Virus record (IMG/VR): IMGVR_UViG_3300032516_000001
Location: 177,649 to 241,648 of that record
Strand: one strand, 5' to 3'
DNA length: 64,000 bases
Shown: positions 41,654-51,391 of the stretch, one piece after another
Layout: each line of letters starts with the position of its first letter
How positions within the stretch are numbered: the first letter of the stretch is position 1
Notes under the pieces: generated by a model
The model's input: only the letters and a program-made list of their open reading frames with translations
The model's database searches: none
Told to the model about the DNA's origin: nothing
Made by a program: the position numbers and the translations under genes

Positions 41654-42019
41654 TCAGTCATCTACTTCAACTCCCTCTGTCATAGGGTTCCCAGTTCGAC
41701 GTGGGATCTTTAACCTGATATCCTCGAGAACCCTTTCTAATTCATCAACTTTTTCCGGACGTAACAATTGTCTCAGTTCCTCTTGATCAATTTTATCTAT
41801 TACCATAGCAGAGGCATTTAAAGAATTCTCAAGTTTGGCTAATAAATTTGGAGCCCCGTATATAATGTCGCCAGCAATCGCATAAAGATGATCCTTATGC
41901 GTGCTGGCGTTCACCAATTCAATTGCACGAATTATATGTCTTTTTAATTCTTCACAATATAATCTCGCATCTGATATTTCTTCTTGAAGACACGCAGTGG
42001 CACCGGCAGTTTTATCCAC
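41654..42019 (-). CDS. Hypothetical helical protein
   Basis: 121 aa, GTG start. Confidence 0.6.
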   Translation of the reverse strand: MDKTAGATACLQEEISDARLYCEELKRHIIRAIELVNASTHKDHLYAIAGDIIYGAPNLLAKLENSLNASAMVIDKIDQEELRQLLRPEKVDELERVLEDIRLKIPRRTGNPMTEGVEVDD

Positions 42020-42051
42020 ACCGAGGCTTGTCTATCAAAGTCCTGGCGTAT

Positions 42052-42912
42052 TTAATATTTCTTCAACCTCTTCATTAGAAAATATTCTTTCAGTCGATCC
42101 CTGATCTTTGCACGAACCTCAGGACTGCGTGTTTTTCCTTTTAACCCTTTTGATATATTAGCTCGATGTTCAGCACTGAATGGTTTCTTTGACTTTCCCT
42201 TGGTAGATGCTGAAATTTTGGCTCGATGTTCAGCGCTAAGTTTCTTTCCTCTACATCTATCTCCTATTTTAACTCGATTCTCATGGCTTATGATTTTCCC
42301 TTTATTGGCGTTCGATAATTTCATCTTAACTTCAGGTCTTGACTGTATTTCCTTCGATATATCAGACATCTTAGTGCGAAATCCAGGTCGTTTCCATAAT
42401 TCTTTAGATGCTATTGAATTCCTGGCTTTTATAATCTCTCGATATCCCGGCTTCTCCCACATATCTTTAGATATTTTAGAAGCTTTAGCTCTAAGGCTCG
42501 GATCCAAGTATGAGTTTCGAGTTGATGCGATCACCTTTTCTCGATATTCAGAGTTTTGCCACAATTTTCTAACAATTTCAGATCTTTGAATTCTAGATAC
42601 TGACGGTGCGTATTCGCCACCCTTCGTTAAATTGAATCCTCTATCCGGATTTCTTGAGTCATAAAATTTAATCCACTTAACCTCAGCAATTCCGGCTGAC
42701 TCTAATGTATCACAAATTTCTAATATTTTATGAGTAAATGCATCTTTTCCATATTTACGAATAGCATTAGGAAAATGCCATCGGCCGTCTTTTGAACTTT
42801 TAGCAGCATAAATATGATTCTTCCACCTCTTCTCCATTGTCTGAGAAGTCAGACCGATATAACGCCGACCAGAATCAATATGTGTATGACAATAGATCGT
42901 CCAATGCTTCAC
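42052..42912 (-). CDS. GIY-YIG homing endonuclease with NUMOD3-like repeats (copy 2)
   Basis: WTIY...RRYIG and SAEHRA[KN]IS repeats. Confidence 0.8.
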   Translation of the reverse strand: MKHWTIYCHTHIDSGRRYIGLTSQTMEKRWKNHIYAAKSSKDGRWHFPNAIRKYGKDAFTHKILEICDTLESAGIAEVKWIKFYDSRNPDRGFNLTKGGEYAPSVSRIQRSEIVRKLWQNSEYREKVIASTRNSYLDPSLRAKASKISKDMWEKPGYREIIKARNSIASKELWKRPGFRTKMSDISKEIQSRPEVKMKLSNANKGKIISHENRVKIGDRCRGKKLSAEHRAKISASTKGKSKKPFSAEHRANISKGLKGKTRSPEVRAKIRDRLKEYFLMKRLKKY

Positions 42913-42924
42913 ACTGGAACGGTC

Positions 42925-43908
42925 CTATAAAAGCTTGGAAAATTTGATCTTGAGAACCTTCCTCATTTTCTTACCTTCAGCTTCATAAAGAGCCCTTAAC
43001 AACGCAGGCTCTTCACCAAGTTCCTTGATTCGCTGAAGTTTATCCTCTGGCTTGGCGAAGAAATTCCAATCCTCAGGGAATGACGGACATATACTGCGTG
43101 CTATCTGCAGTTTGGAATCCCCACTAGATTCAACTTCTTCAATGACCGATTTTTTGGCGATCCTACCCGGAGGACCACTAGTATCTTTAACTTTGATATC
43201 ACCCTCGGAAACTACGCGGCTATTTCTAACTTTCCCTATAATACGACCCTCATTATCTTCGTCTGTTTGAATATCAGTCGGATCTATTTTCCCAAGATTA
43301 GTCGATACCGATACGCCCTCAGTACTAGTACTGAACCCGCGTTTTCCAGTACCTCCGTCTGCTCTACCATATCCTTTTTCGAAGCTAATCTCTTCAAGTG
43401 CACTGGCCAAGCCAGTTTCCTTCGTCACATCGGCTACCATGTTCGTGGCAGTGCGGACTTTTGCCACAACTTCGCCTTCTTGAACATCGACATGGAGTCC
43501 AACTATTCTCTTATCTCCTTTAGTCAGATGCTTCCCCTGTTTCATGGCCGACTCGCGATCCCCCACTTGGAGAATCACGTCTTCATCATGATCATGGGTA
43601 GATAAAGCAGTGGGAGCATTTCGTTGAACTCGATGGAATTCACGATTGACTGACTGGGCCTTAGCGAGACTCCGCTCTGGACGAATTGGTGCAATACCAT
43701 CACCTTGTTGAGTAAGGGTGGCCCAACCTTCTTTGACGGCTCCGCGCAGTCCCGGTTGTGGAAATTCAGCCCCCGCATACTTAACTATAGTCCCGTCGTA
43801 TTCAAACTCGTCACCTTTCTGAATATCCAAGGTGTCCTTGCCACCAACACGAATCTTCATTTGAGCGTAAAATTTCCGGTAGTCGCCACGTTTCCATTGA
43901 ATTTCCAT
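42925..43908 (-). CDS. Hypothetical protein
   Basis: AAGGAG ribosome-binding site, 327 aa. Confidence 0.7.
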   Translation of the reverse strand: MEIQWKRGDYRKFYAQMKIRVGGKDTLDIQKGDEFEYDGTIVKYAGAEFPQPGLRGAVKEGWATLTQQGDGIAPIRPERSLAKAQSVNREFHRVQRNAPTALSTHDHDEDVILQVGDRESAMKQGKHLTKGDKRIVGLHVDVQEGEVVAKVRTATNMVADVTKETGLASALEEISFEKGYGRADGGTGKRGFSTSTEGVSVSTNLGKIDPTDIQTDEDNEGRIIGKVRNSRVVSEGDIKVKDTSGPPGRIAKKSVIEEVESSGDSKLQIARSICPSFPEDWNFFAKPEDKLQRIKELGEEPALLRALYEAEGKKMRKVLKIKFSKLL

Positions 43909-43976
43909 GTTGAACTCCTTAAATTCGATATACTATACAGCAAAAACGGCAAATTCAATATAAAAACTCTAAAACT

Positions 43977-45965
43977 ATGACATCCAAACTACGCAAACTA
44001 GTGGTCGTTACTATCGCTTTGGCAGTCATGGCCATTTCAGCATATATGTACGCCCCGATTTGGATCAGGCACAAAATTAAAGAGAAAGCTGATACGTACG
44101 GCATCCAAATAGACGTAGGAAAAGTAGAATTGCATTTCAATAGGGTAGTATTATCAGACATCCCAATATCGTCATCATATTTCCCAGGTCAGAAACTATC
44201 CATATCAACGGCAACAGTATATTTCGGATTGTCTGGGATACATCAAATAGTGATATCTGGTGGCGATTTAAAGATAACGGGTATTTTTTCCGAAATTAAG
44301 AAACAATTCTCTGAATGGGGACATCGATCTACCTCCGCAAATACTTCAGAACATAAATCAAAATTTGATATCAAGTTTGACTCGATAAATGCAACATGGC
44401 AGTCTCCATATAATGGTATTAACCAAATATCAGTTGATGGAATCAACAACTCAAATTCCAATATCAATGCGAATGCTATAACAATAGATACTGCGGCAGG
44501 GTCTACACACATAAGCCATGTAGAATATGAGAATGAGTCCAAAACCCTATCTATTAATACAATCAAATCTGAGGTTAACGACCTTGGACCAATAAAGCTT
44601 CTTCAATCGCAGAATGAACCACAAAACAGATCGACTCTTGGAAATGATGAAAATGCGTTATATAGAATCCATGTAACAAGCTATGAATTAAAAGCAATGG
44701 ATCATGAAATTATAGCGTCTGATGTGATTTTACGCATGCACCCGTTTTCGATTCAAGCTCGAGAGGCTAATGTAGACAATAAGATTAAGATGATTAGTCC
44801 ATGGGTTAGTATACAAAAATTGCCGCAAGGATTGTCGTCTATAGTATCCATTGAGTCTATCACAACATCGAATCCAACAATCACTGATGAAACAATCATT
44901 ACGAAACCAATAGCATTAAGTTTACGGATAATAGATCAATATGCCGAAATCGAAGCTAGTATATACAAAACTCCATTTAAGTTAGGTATTCACAAAGATG
45001 ATAATGTAATCCGATTCGATTTGATTATGGAGAAGACGCCTTGTCAGGATATTTTGGATTCCATCCCACAAGGAGTGAAGTCAGTTATTAATGAAATGAA
45101 ATTAGACGGAAGTTTGTCTTGGGAAGTGCGTGGTCTTGTCGATTTGATCCCCGAGACGCAACTAAGAATGGACCCTGAGATCGAATTAAAACTGAGTAAT
45201 TCATGTAAAATCACCAAAATTCCCGATGAACTGTCAGTGACTAAATTGCGGAAACCATTCAAACGCATAGTATTAGATCAAACCAAAACCCCGTTTGAAA
45301 TAACTAACGGACCAGGAACAGAAGGATGGGTTCCAAATGGGCTCGTATCCCAATTTGTAGCTTTATCATTCAGAACCATGGAAGATCCGGGCTTCCTCGC
45401 TCATCATGGATTCGATATTCAGGCAATAGAAAATTCCATTAAAGAAAACATCAAGTCTAAGAAGTTCTTACGAGGAGCCAGCACTATCACGATGCAACTG
45501 GCCAAAAACTTATGGCTCAATAGAAGTAAAACTCTTGCCAGAAAAATTCAAGAAGCTTTCCTCACAATGTATCTAGAGCAAGCCCTGAACAAAGACGAAA
45601 TATTAGAATTATATATGAACGTGGTTGAATTTGGACCCAAAATTTATGGGATCGGAAAGGCCTCGAGATACTATTTCAATAAATATCCGACTGATTTAAC
45701 CCTAGGACAATCGTTATTTCTAGCCTCTGTTCTCCCTAATCCTAAAGTTCAGTTCTTTGATGCTAACGGGGATCTCAATCCGAAACGAGCCGATTATCTG
45801 AAAAGAGTTATGAAAGCGATGATGGATAGAAAACTCATCTCGCAAGACGAATATGATGATGGGGTAAAAGAAGTCTTGAAATTTAAACGATCATCTGTCA
45901 CAACTGACGAAATAGTAGAGATTCAACCAGACCCAGATCCATGGCAAGTATCAGTCACTCAATAA
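43977..45965 (+). CDS. Membrane-anchored peptidoglycan transglycosylase (GT51, monofunctional type)
   Basis: N-terminal transmembrane helix; EDPGFLAHHG, GASTITMQLAKN, RKIQE and KDEILELYMN. Confidence 0.9.
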   Translation: MTSKLRKLVVVTIALAVMAISAYMYAPIWIRHKIKEKADTYGIQIDVGKVELHFNRVVLSDIPISSSYFPGQKLSISTATVYFGLSGIHQIVISGGDLKITGIFSEIKKQFSEWGHRSTSANTSEHKSKFDIKFDSINATWQSPYNGINQISVDGINNSNSNINANAITIDTAAGSTHISHVEYENESKTLSINTIKSEVNDLGPIKLLQSQNEPQNRSTLGNDENALYRIHVTSYELKAMDHEIIASDVILRMHPFSIQAREANVDNKIKMISPWVSIQKLPQGLSSIVSIESITTSNPTITDETIITKPIALSLRIIDQYAEIEASIYKTPFKLGIHKDDNVIRFDLIMEKTPCQDILDSIPQGVKSVINEMKLDGSLSWEVRGLVDLIPETQLRMDPEIELKLSNSCKITKIPDELSVTKLRKPFKRIVLDQTKTPFEITNGPGTEGWVPNGLVSQFVALSFRTMEDPGFLAHHGFDIQAIENSIKENIKSKKFLRGASTITMQLAKNLWLNRSKTLARKIQEAFLTMYLEQALNKDEILELYMNVVEFGPKIYGIGKASRYYFNKYPTDLTLGQSLFLASVLPNPKVQFFDANGDLNPKRADYLKRVMKAMMDRKLISQDEYDDGVKEVLKFKRSSVTTDEIVEIQPDPDPWQVSVTQ

Positions 45966-46217
45966 ATTCATTAACCTATCATATTCCGCATCATTAGCTA
46001 CATTAACTTCAATACAAGTAGGGGTCGCCATTCGTCTGATTGGCCGTACCCTAAGTTGTAACTTTTTCAATTCTGATGCAATTCTACTTTTACTAGGTCG
46101 ATCTGACTTATCTATGTCATTTGCTATACGCTTCAGCGCAGCGATCAATTGTTTAGGAGTCAACTGATGACCATCAGGAACAACTCGAGTTGACTCTACA
46201 AAATAGTTGATGTCCAT
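45951..46217 (-). CDS. Small protein with a KP-IA module
   Basis: LTPKQLIAALKRIANDIDKSDRPSKSRIASELKKL aligns with the N-termini at 48768, 52670 and 53956. Confidence 0.6.
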   Translation of the reverse strand: MDINYFVESTRVVPDGHQLTPKQLIAALKRIANDIDKSDRPSKSRIASELKKLQLRVRPIRRMATPTCIEVNVANDAEYDRLMNLLSD

Positions 46218-46253
46218 ATATATAATTATACCATTAGAATTGTATGTTAGTCT

Positions 46254-46844
46254 ATGTGGAAGGACGAAAAAGCTGGAACACTGAATGAAGCCGTCCGTAT
46301 CTTATCCGATTTGATAGTTGATCTACCAGCATCAGTATTGCCGTGCATTTTGGCCATTAGATTAGATAACATTGACGCTGAAGTAAAACGGTTAATTATA
46401 CCTGTAATATCAGAAGCATATAAAACTCCAGAATTTCTACTAGATATGGCACCGGCTCAAGATAAAGAAATTCTAGTAAAACACATAAAACACACCATAG
46501 AACGAATCAACAATTTCATACAATTACAACAACACCCAGATAATCTACCTGAGATCTTATATGGACAACGTGAATTCGGATGCGTTTATCTTCCAACAGA
46601 ACTATTGAAAAGACTTTATGTGATAGGCGAATCCATCTTAGATTCAAGAGTAAATAAAATCAAATTAGAGGAAGATTTTGTGATGAATAGCGCCAAGGTT
46701 ATGTTACTAGCTGCTGATTGGGTTGAATATTCCAAACGCAAGTGGGGAATCATGGATGGATCGGAAATGACTGTAGTATCCCCGCTATCTAAAGAAGAAG
46801 CAAAGAACGCTGTTCCAGATATTGAAACTACTCCGCCTTTTTGA
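46254..46844 (+). CDS. Hypothetical protein
   Basis: 196 aa, preceded by GTATGTT-N5-ATG. Confidence 0.65.
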   Translation: MWKDEKAGTLNEAVRILSDLIVDLPASVLPCILAIRLDNIDAEVKRLIIPVISEAYKTPEFLLDMAPAQDKEILVKHIKHTIERINNFIQLQQHPDNLPEILYGQREFGCVYLPTELLKRLYVIGESILDSRVNKIKLEEDFVMNSAKVMLLAADWVEYSKRKWGIMDGSEMTVVSPLSKEEAKNAVPDIETTPPF

Positions 46845-47010
46845 GTATAACTATCGAAGCAATTTGTTCGCGAGACCCGTCTGCTTCAGCCTCTTTGGCG
46901 GTATTTTCGATAGTCTGTTTACATGTTTTACATCCGGCCTTGACTCCGGAAAAAGGATTGTCTTTACCACAATCAGGACATTTATCCAGTTCTGTTGCAA
47001 TTGAAATCAT
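46828..47010 (-). CDS. Small zinc-ribbon protein
   Basis: CPDCG...CKTC; C-terminus QIASIVILKKAE. Confidence 0.5.
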   Translation of the reverse strand: MISIATELDKCPDCGKDNPFSGVKAGCKTCKQTIENTAKEAEADGSREQIASIVILKKAE

Positions 47011-47053
47011 ACCATAAATAATGATTAAAGTTTAGTGAATCGTAAAGTTTGCT

Positions 47054-47311
47054 ATGGAATTCACTGAATTGCCTTGGGTGTTAATTAGTGCCGGACAAGT
47101 TCGATGTAATATATGTAAGAAAATTGCTAAACTCGATACCATTACATTAGAAGAATTTATTCGGGAACATGCAGAACATAAGGCTCCGCCAACCCATTAT
47201 CCGGTTGGTGATATGGTGGCTAAAGTGACTAAGGCTTTGGGAATTACTAAAAGATGTTCCGGTTGCGAGCAGCGCAGATACGATTGGAATAGAAGGATAC
47301 TAAAACATTAA
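47054..47311 (+). CDS. Small Cys/His-rich protein
   Basis: CNIC...HAEH...CSGC, with a leaderless-type start. Confidence 0.6.
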   Translation: MEFTELPWVLISAGQVRCNICKKIAKLDTITLEEFIREHAEHKAPPTHYPVGDMVAKVTKALGITKRCSGCEQRRYDWNRRILKH

Positions 47312-47325
47312 TAGGACCGCCCGGT

Positions 47326-48252
47326 GTGGAACAAAAACACTGGACAATCTACTGTCATATTCATATCGATTCTAGTCGTCGTTATATTGGTTTAACCTCC
47401 CAAACAATAGAAAAACGATGGAAAAATCATATATACGCCGCCAAATCTTCCAAAAATGGGAAATGGCATTTCCCTAACGCTATCCAGAAATATGGCCCTG
47501 AGGCATTTTCTCACGAAATACTTGAAGTATGCGACACATTAGAAACAGCTAAATTATCGGAAATTAAATGGATTAAATTTTATAACACCAGAGATCCGGG
47601 AAAAGGATTTAATTCAACGAAAGGTGGCGACTACATACCACCAACACCTAAAATTCAAAGAACTGAAATCTCTAAAAGATTATGGCAAGACCCGGAATTT
47701 CGCTCCAAAATGTTAGCCGCTACCTGGAATAGACCAGGTTATCGTCAAAAGGTGCTCGAGTCATTAAAGAGAACAAATGCCACACCGGAGTCCAAGGAAA
47801 ACCATTCCGTGGCCTCAAAAACCAAATGGCAGGATCCTAATTTTCGAATCAGGAACGCTGAATCTTATAAAACTGCTTATTTAAACCCGATAAATAGAAA
47901 TAAACGCATTGAAACTATGAAAAAAACATTCGCTACACCAGAGTCAAAATCAAAACGCTCCAAATCTTCAAAACTGGTGTGGCAAAATCCTGAACTTCGA
48001 GCTAAAGATGCCGAACGATGGAAGGATCCAGTTTATCGGGCTAAATGTCAACACGGACTTATACGAGGAACTGAACTGAACAAAAGAAAAACCCACTGTC
48101 CCCATGGACATGAATATTCAATTAAAAATACTTGGTTCGATAAAAAAGGACATAGATTCTGTCTAACATGTAAACATTCTATAGTTAATGAATGTATGCG
48201 TAAACTTAGATTAAAACGTAAAATGGAACAAGTTGTTACTCAAAATTACTGA
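47326..48252 (+). CDS. GIY-YIG homing endonuclease (copy 3)
   Basis: WTIY...RRYIG, W(Q/K)(D/N)P repeats and KTHCPHGHEY..CLTC. Confidence 0.8.
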   Translation: MEQKHWTIYCHIHIDSSRRYIGLTSQTIEKRWKNHIYAAKSSKNGKWHFPNAIQKYGPEAFSHEILEVCDTLETAKLSEIKWIKFYNTRDPGKGFNSTKGGDYIPPTPKIQRTEISKRLWQDPEFRSKMLAATWNRPGYRQKVLESLKRTNATPESKENHSVASKTKWQDPNFRIRNAESYKTAYLNPINRNKRIETMKKTFATPESKSKRSKSSKLVWQNPELRAKDAERWKDPVYRAKCQHGLIRGTELNKRKTHCPHGHEYSIKNTWFDKKGHRFCLTCKHSIVNECMRKLRLKRKMEQVVTQNY

Positions 48253-48571
48253 ATCCGCTTCCCCCATGAGTGGGTGAACTCCCAGGTCCTGTCCATCTAT
48301 CTAAGTCGTTCGAATTATATCCTCTACCTTTATTCTCTATCCCTCTAGGAGCTAATTTCAATCCGTACCCAGCCAATTCTTTTCTAATTTCAGCCACTGG
48401 GCGTTTTAATCTATAATTCAAAGCTTGTAAATCATCCGCGGTATATGTATCGCGTTCATCATCAATTAAATATTGAACGAAATCTTCAATACTGGCGTAT
48501 TCTGGAGCACTTTTATAGGTGATACTTAATCGAATTAAGGCAACACGAGCAGCAATTTGTAAAAAATTCAT
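48236..48571 (-). CDS. Hypothetical protein with an N-terminal QIAARVA tag
   Basis: MNFLQIAARVA. Confidence 0.65.
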   Translation of the reverse strand: MNFLQIAARVALIRLSITYKSAPEYASIEDFVQYLIDDERDTYTADDLQALNYRLKRPVAEIRKELAGYGLKLAPRGIENKGRGYNSNDLDRWTGPGSSPTHGGSGFSNFE

Positions 48572-48579
48572 ATTCGAAA

Positions 48580-48768
48580 CTATTTTTGATTAAGATACCG
48601 AGCAGCAATCCGCTCAGCCATGGTGAAAGGTTTAACCTCTTTAGAAGGTTTTATCGCCGCCAGTACCTGTTTTAAACTTTTGACTACTAAGTCTTGACTC
48701 GGATTATCAGAATTCTCAATTCCGGTGGCAATTTGACACAGACGATCGGCTAATTCTTCGGGCTTCAT
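48580..48768 (-). CDS. Small protein: KP-IA module plus AERIAARYLNQK tail
   Basis: Start moved to 48768 (MKPEELA) to match paralogs. Confidence 0.65.
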   Translation of the reverse strand: MKPEELADRLCQIATGIENSDNPSQDLVVKSLKQVLAAIKPSKEVKPFTMAERIAARYLNQK

Positions 48769-48812
48769 ACTTGAACGTTGGTATTGAAAACCTAACAGTA
48801 TTGTTATTACAC

Positions 48813-49223
48813 ATGGCAGTAAGAAAAACATTTGTGTATGGGTATCCAGAACCAACTCCGATACCCGGAAAACGCTTTATTGAAGTTGGAGATAAGAACT
48901 TTGCTATTGTTGATGAATCCAATTATGATCAACTTAAAATACATACTTGGTCATTGGACTGTAGGAGCGAACCCGTAACTAGAATACGCATCGATGAATT
49001 AAATTTGATTACGGTACGTATGAAAAACATGATTCTCAATAAGAACCCTTCAAAAGGATACTGTGTCAAATATTTGAATGGAAACCCTCTCGATAATTCT
49101 CGGAAAAACATAAAATTGATGACGCTGAAACAAGCTCGAGAATTGGACCGTCAAATGTTTGGCCCTCGAATATGTAAGAAAAAAGAATACAAGAAATTCA
49201 TCCGAAAGATCCTGGCTCGATAA
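48813..49223 (+). CDS. Degenerate HNH-like protein
   Basis: FAIVDE and KYLNGNPLDNSRKNI resemble the HNH_3 motif, but the catalytic His is missing. Confidence 0.5.
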   Translation: MAVRKTFVYGYPEPTPIPGKRFIEVGDKNFAIVDESNYDQLKIHTWSLDCRSEPVTRIRIDELNLITVRMKNMILNKNPSKGYCVKYLNGNPLDNSRKNIKLMTLKQARELDRQMFGPRICKKKEYKKFIRKILAR

Positions 49224-49335
49224 CTATTCTTCTAGCTCTGTAAGTTGAATCCATCGTCGACTGGTTTGGTAAATGCATGAACGACTCCGTAAGTGTCATA
49301 TTTATCGCCCTCCATCAACACATGAATAGTCTTAC

Positions 49336-49950
49336 TCATCCGAATATCTCCGTTAGATACTGATCATACTTAGTTTGATCTTTAGCTTGCGGTAACTTAA
49401 TCCACTGAATGCTTTCGAAGTCAATATCAGATGGATTTGGCGCAGAATCTTTGGTCCAGTTCAAAAGCCCGACAGAAAGATTCCTTCTTAATTTATTTTT
49501 GATACTACCAAAAGTACCCGTATTAAGAGAAATGAAGGTAAGCGGCTTAAAAAGCAAAGAATATGTGGCTTCAGGATGAACTGGAAATCCGGTATGTAAT
49601 TGGAAGTTGATCTTCCAACGGTCGATAGATTTTTGTAATTGCGGAAAACAGACAATCGCATATCTATCATCTTTTTCTTTGACGACAAATTCGAACCATT
49701 CTTCTGGCTTATTTTCAGACCAGCACACTAAATGCTCATAAATTGCAGATGCATTATCGAATAAGAGAACTGGAGCAAAATTTCCATGATTATTTACCCA
49801 AAGACAACCCTTGGCCATTCCTGATGGTAATCCATCTATAGTTTTAGCTAGAGCTTCGGCATCCTCAGATTTGAGGTTATGCATGGGCCAAGTAGGACCA
49901 ATAAGAAGAGGGCAATATGAAATAACTACATAAACCGGAGGCTTATCCAT
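49336..49950 (-). CDS. Hypothetical protein
   Basis: 204 aa, leaderless-type start. Confidence 0.65.
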   Translation of the reverse strand: MDKPPVYVVISYCPLLIGPTWPMHNLKSEDAEALAKTIDGLPSGMAKGCLWVNNHGNFAPVLLFDNASAIYEHLVCWSENKPEEWFEFVVKEKDDRYAIVCFPQLQKSIDRWKINFQLHTGFPVHPEATYSLLFKPLTFISLNTGTFGSIKNKLRRNLSVGLLNWTKDSAPNPSDIDFESIQWIKLPQAKDQTKYDQYLTEIFG

Positions 49951-49979
49951 ATTACAATATACATCAATATATCCGGAAT

Positions 49980-50549
49980 TTACGGTTGTCCTAATTTATC
50001 GTGATAACATCCATAACATACAGGAATGTATGATTCATCCCCACCAAGCTGTATTTGTTCACCGCTCAAGGTGGGCTTACCATTTAATAACCTCATATTC
50101 ATAGTGGCTTTTTTGTTACAGAATTGGCAGGTAACCTTAATCTCTTCGATGCTATCTGCCAATTCCATAAGCCGAGCGGATCCGGGAAATAACTTCCCCC
50201 TGAAATCTGTCCTTAAACCATAGCATATGACCGGAATATTATGAACACGCGATATTTCTCTCAATTGTTCAACCACGGATGGAGAAAGAAACTGAGCTTC
50301 ATCCGCAAGAATACAACTAATTTTAGTTGGATTGAGTATATTGATAATCGTACTTTCCTTAACTAATATATCGGCCTCTGTATCTAGTCCGGCTCGAGAA
50401 GTCACTTTCCTAACACCGTATCTATCATCGAGGGCCGGTTTGATTATGATTACGTTCTTACCTTGATCTTTATAATTATGTGCCACTGCCAAGAGATTTA
50501 GAGTTTTGGCGCTTCGCATCGCACCATATCGAAAATATAATTTTGCCAT
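49980..50549 (-). CDS. tdk: Thymidine kinase
   Basis: YGAMRSAKT P-loop, DEAQF, YGLRTDF and Zn site CQFC...CYGC. Start at 50549 (MAKLYF). Confidence 0.95.
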   Translation of the reverse strand: MAKLYFRYGAMRSAKTLNLLAVAHNYKDQGKNVIIIKPALDDRYGVRKVTSRAGLDTEADILVKESTIINILNPTKISCILADEAQFLSPSVVEQLREISRVHNIPVICYGLRTDFRGKLFPGSARLMELADSIEEIKVTCQFCNKKATMNMRLLNGKPTLSGEQIQLGGDESYIPVCYGCYHDKLGQP

Positions 50550-50584
50550 GTACACATAGTACAATAGAAAATGTACTTTGATCC

Positions 50585-50875
50585 ATGGCTGGCTGGTATC
50601 CTGAAAAACCGATCGAAATATTAGAATCAGTTCTAAATTCAGCCAAATTCGCCGAATGGGTATGCCTAGAGCTTTCGCATGTTAGGCGCGCGCACGAAAA
50701 TAACAAGCAAACACTGGAAAGAATAATTGAGATGAGCAAAAAGATTATATGTGCTGAGTGTCGCGGATCAGGACGCAGTATGTATTCTGAACGTATGTGT
50801 ACTGTTTGTCACGGAACCGGTGAAAAAGCCTATGATCCGTTTTTGCCTATAGTGAAGGATGTTATGGATAAATAA
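50585..50875 (+). CDS. Protein with a DnaJ-type CxxCxGxG zinc finger
   Basis: CAECRGSG...CTVCHGTG. Confidence 0.65.
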   Translation: MAGWYPEKPIEILESVLNSAKFAEWVCLELSHVRRAHENNKQTLERIIEMSKKIICAECRGSGRSMYSERMCTVCHGTGEKAYDPFLPIVKDVMDK

Positions 50876-51136
50876 TTACTTCTTGATTTTAGTTACGCCT
50901 CTTGTATTATACACACCTATTCCGGTATTTTCAGTCATCGTCCATCCAAGCTTCTCTTCATACTCCATGACTTGGGCGACTATACATTCTTCTTCAGTGT
51001 GCTCTTTATCTGGATATAACCTCATTCCGCAATGAGGGCAAATTTTACCCGGTATCACTAATAATTCAGTTCGTACCGGAAATAGACCAAATTCCTCAAC
51101 TTCCCCTACCTTATACATTCCAGACGGAGTCTTCAT
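50876..51136 (-). CDS. Small Zn-binding protein
   Basis: CPHCGM...HTEEECIVAQ. Confidence 0.6.
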   Translation of the reverse strand: MKTPSGMYKVGEVEEFGLFPVRTELLVIPGKICPHCGMRLYPDKEHTEEECIVAQVMEYEEKLGWTMTENTGIGVYNTRGVTKIKK

Positions 51137-51378
51137 TCCACATCCATCATTTCATCATCTTCATGTATTTGAGCAACAATACATTCATCTTCTGTATGAG
51201 GCCTGTCCTCTGGCATTTTCATGCCGCAAGTCATGCAATATTTCTCAGCTTTGAAACTGGTATTTCCAACTTTTGAAGAAACATGGATTAACGGTAATTT
51301 CTCCACTATTTTCTCTTCTACTTTTCCCCCACGTTTTCTGGCCATTGCGGTCAGAAATTTAAACCAAACCGAAGACAT
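51133..51378 (-). CDS. Small Zn-binding protein
   Basis: CMTCGM...HTEDECIVAQ; ATGA overlap with the next gene. Confidence 0.6.
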   Translation of the reverse strand: MSSVWFKFLTAMARKRGGKVEEKIVEKLPLIHVSSKVGNTSFKAEKYCMTCGMKMPEDRPHTEDECIVAQIHEDDEMMDVE

Positions 51379-51391
51379 ACTATATAGTACA

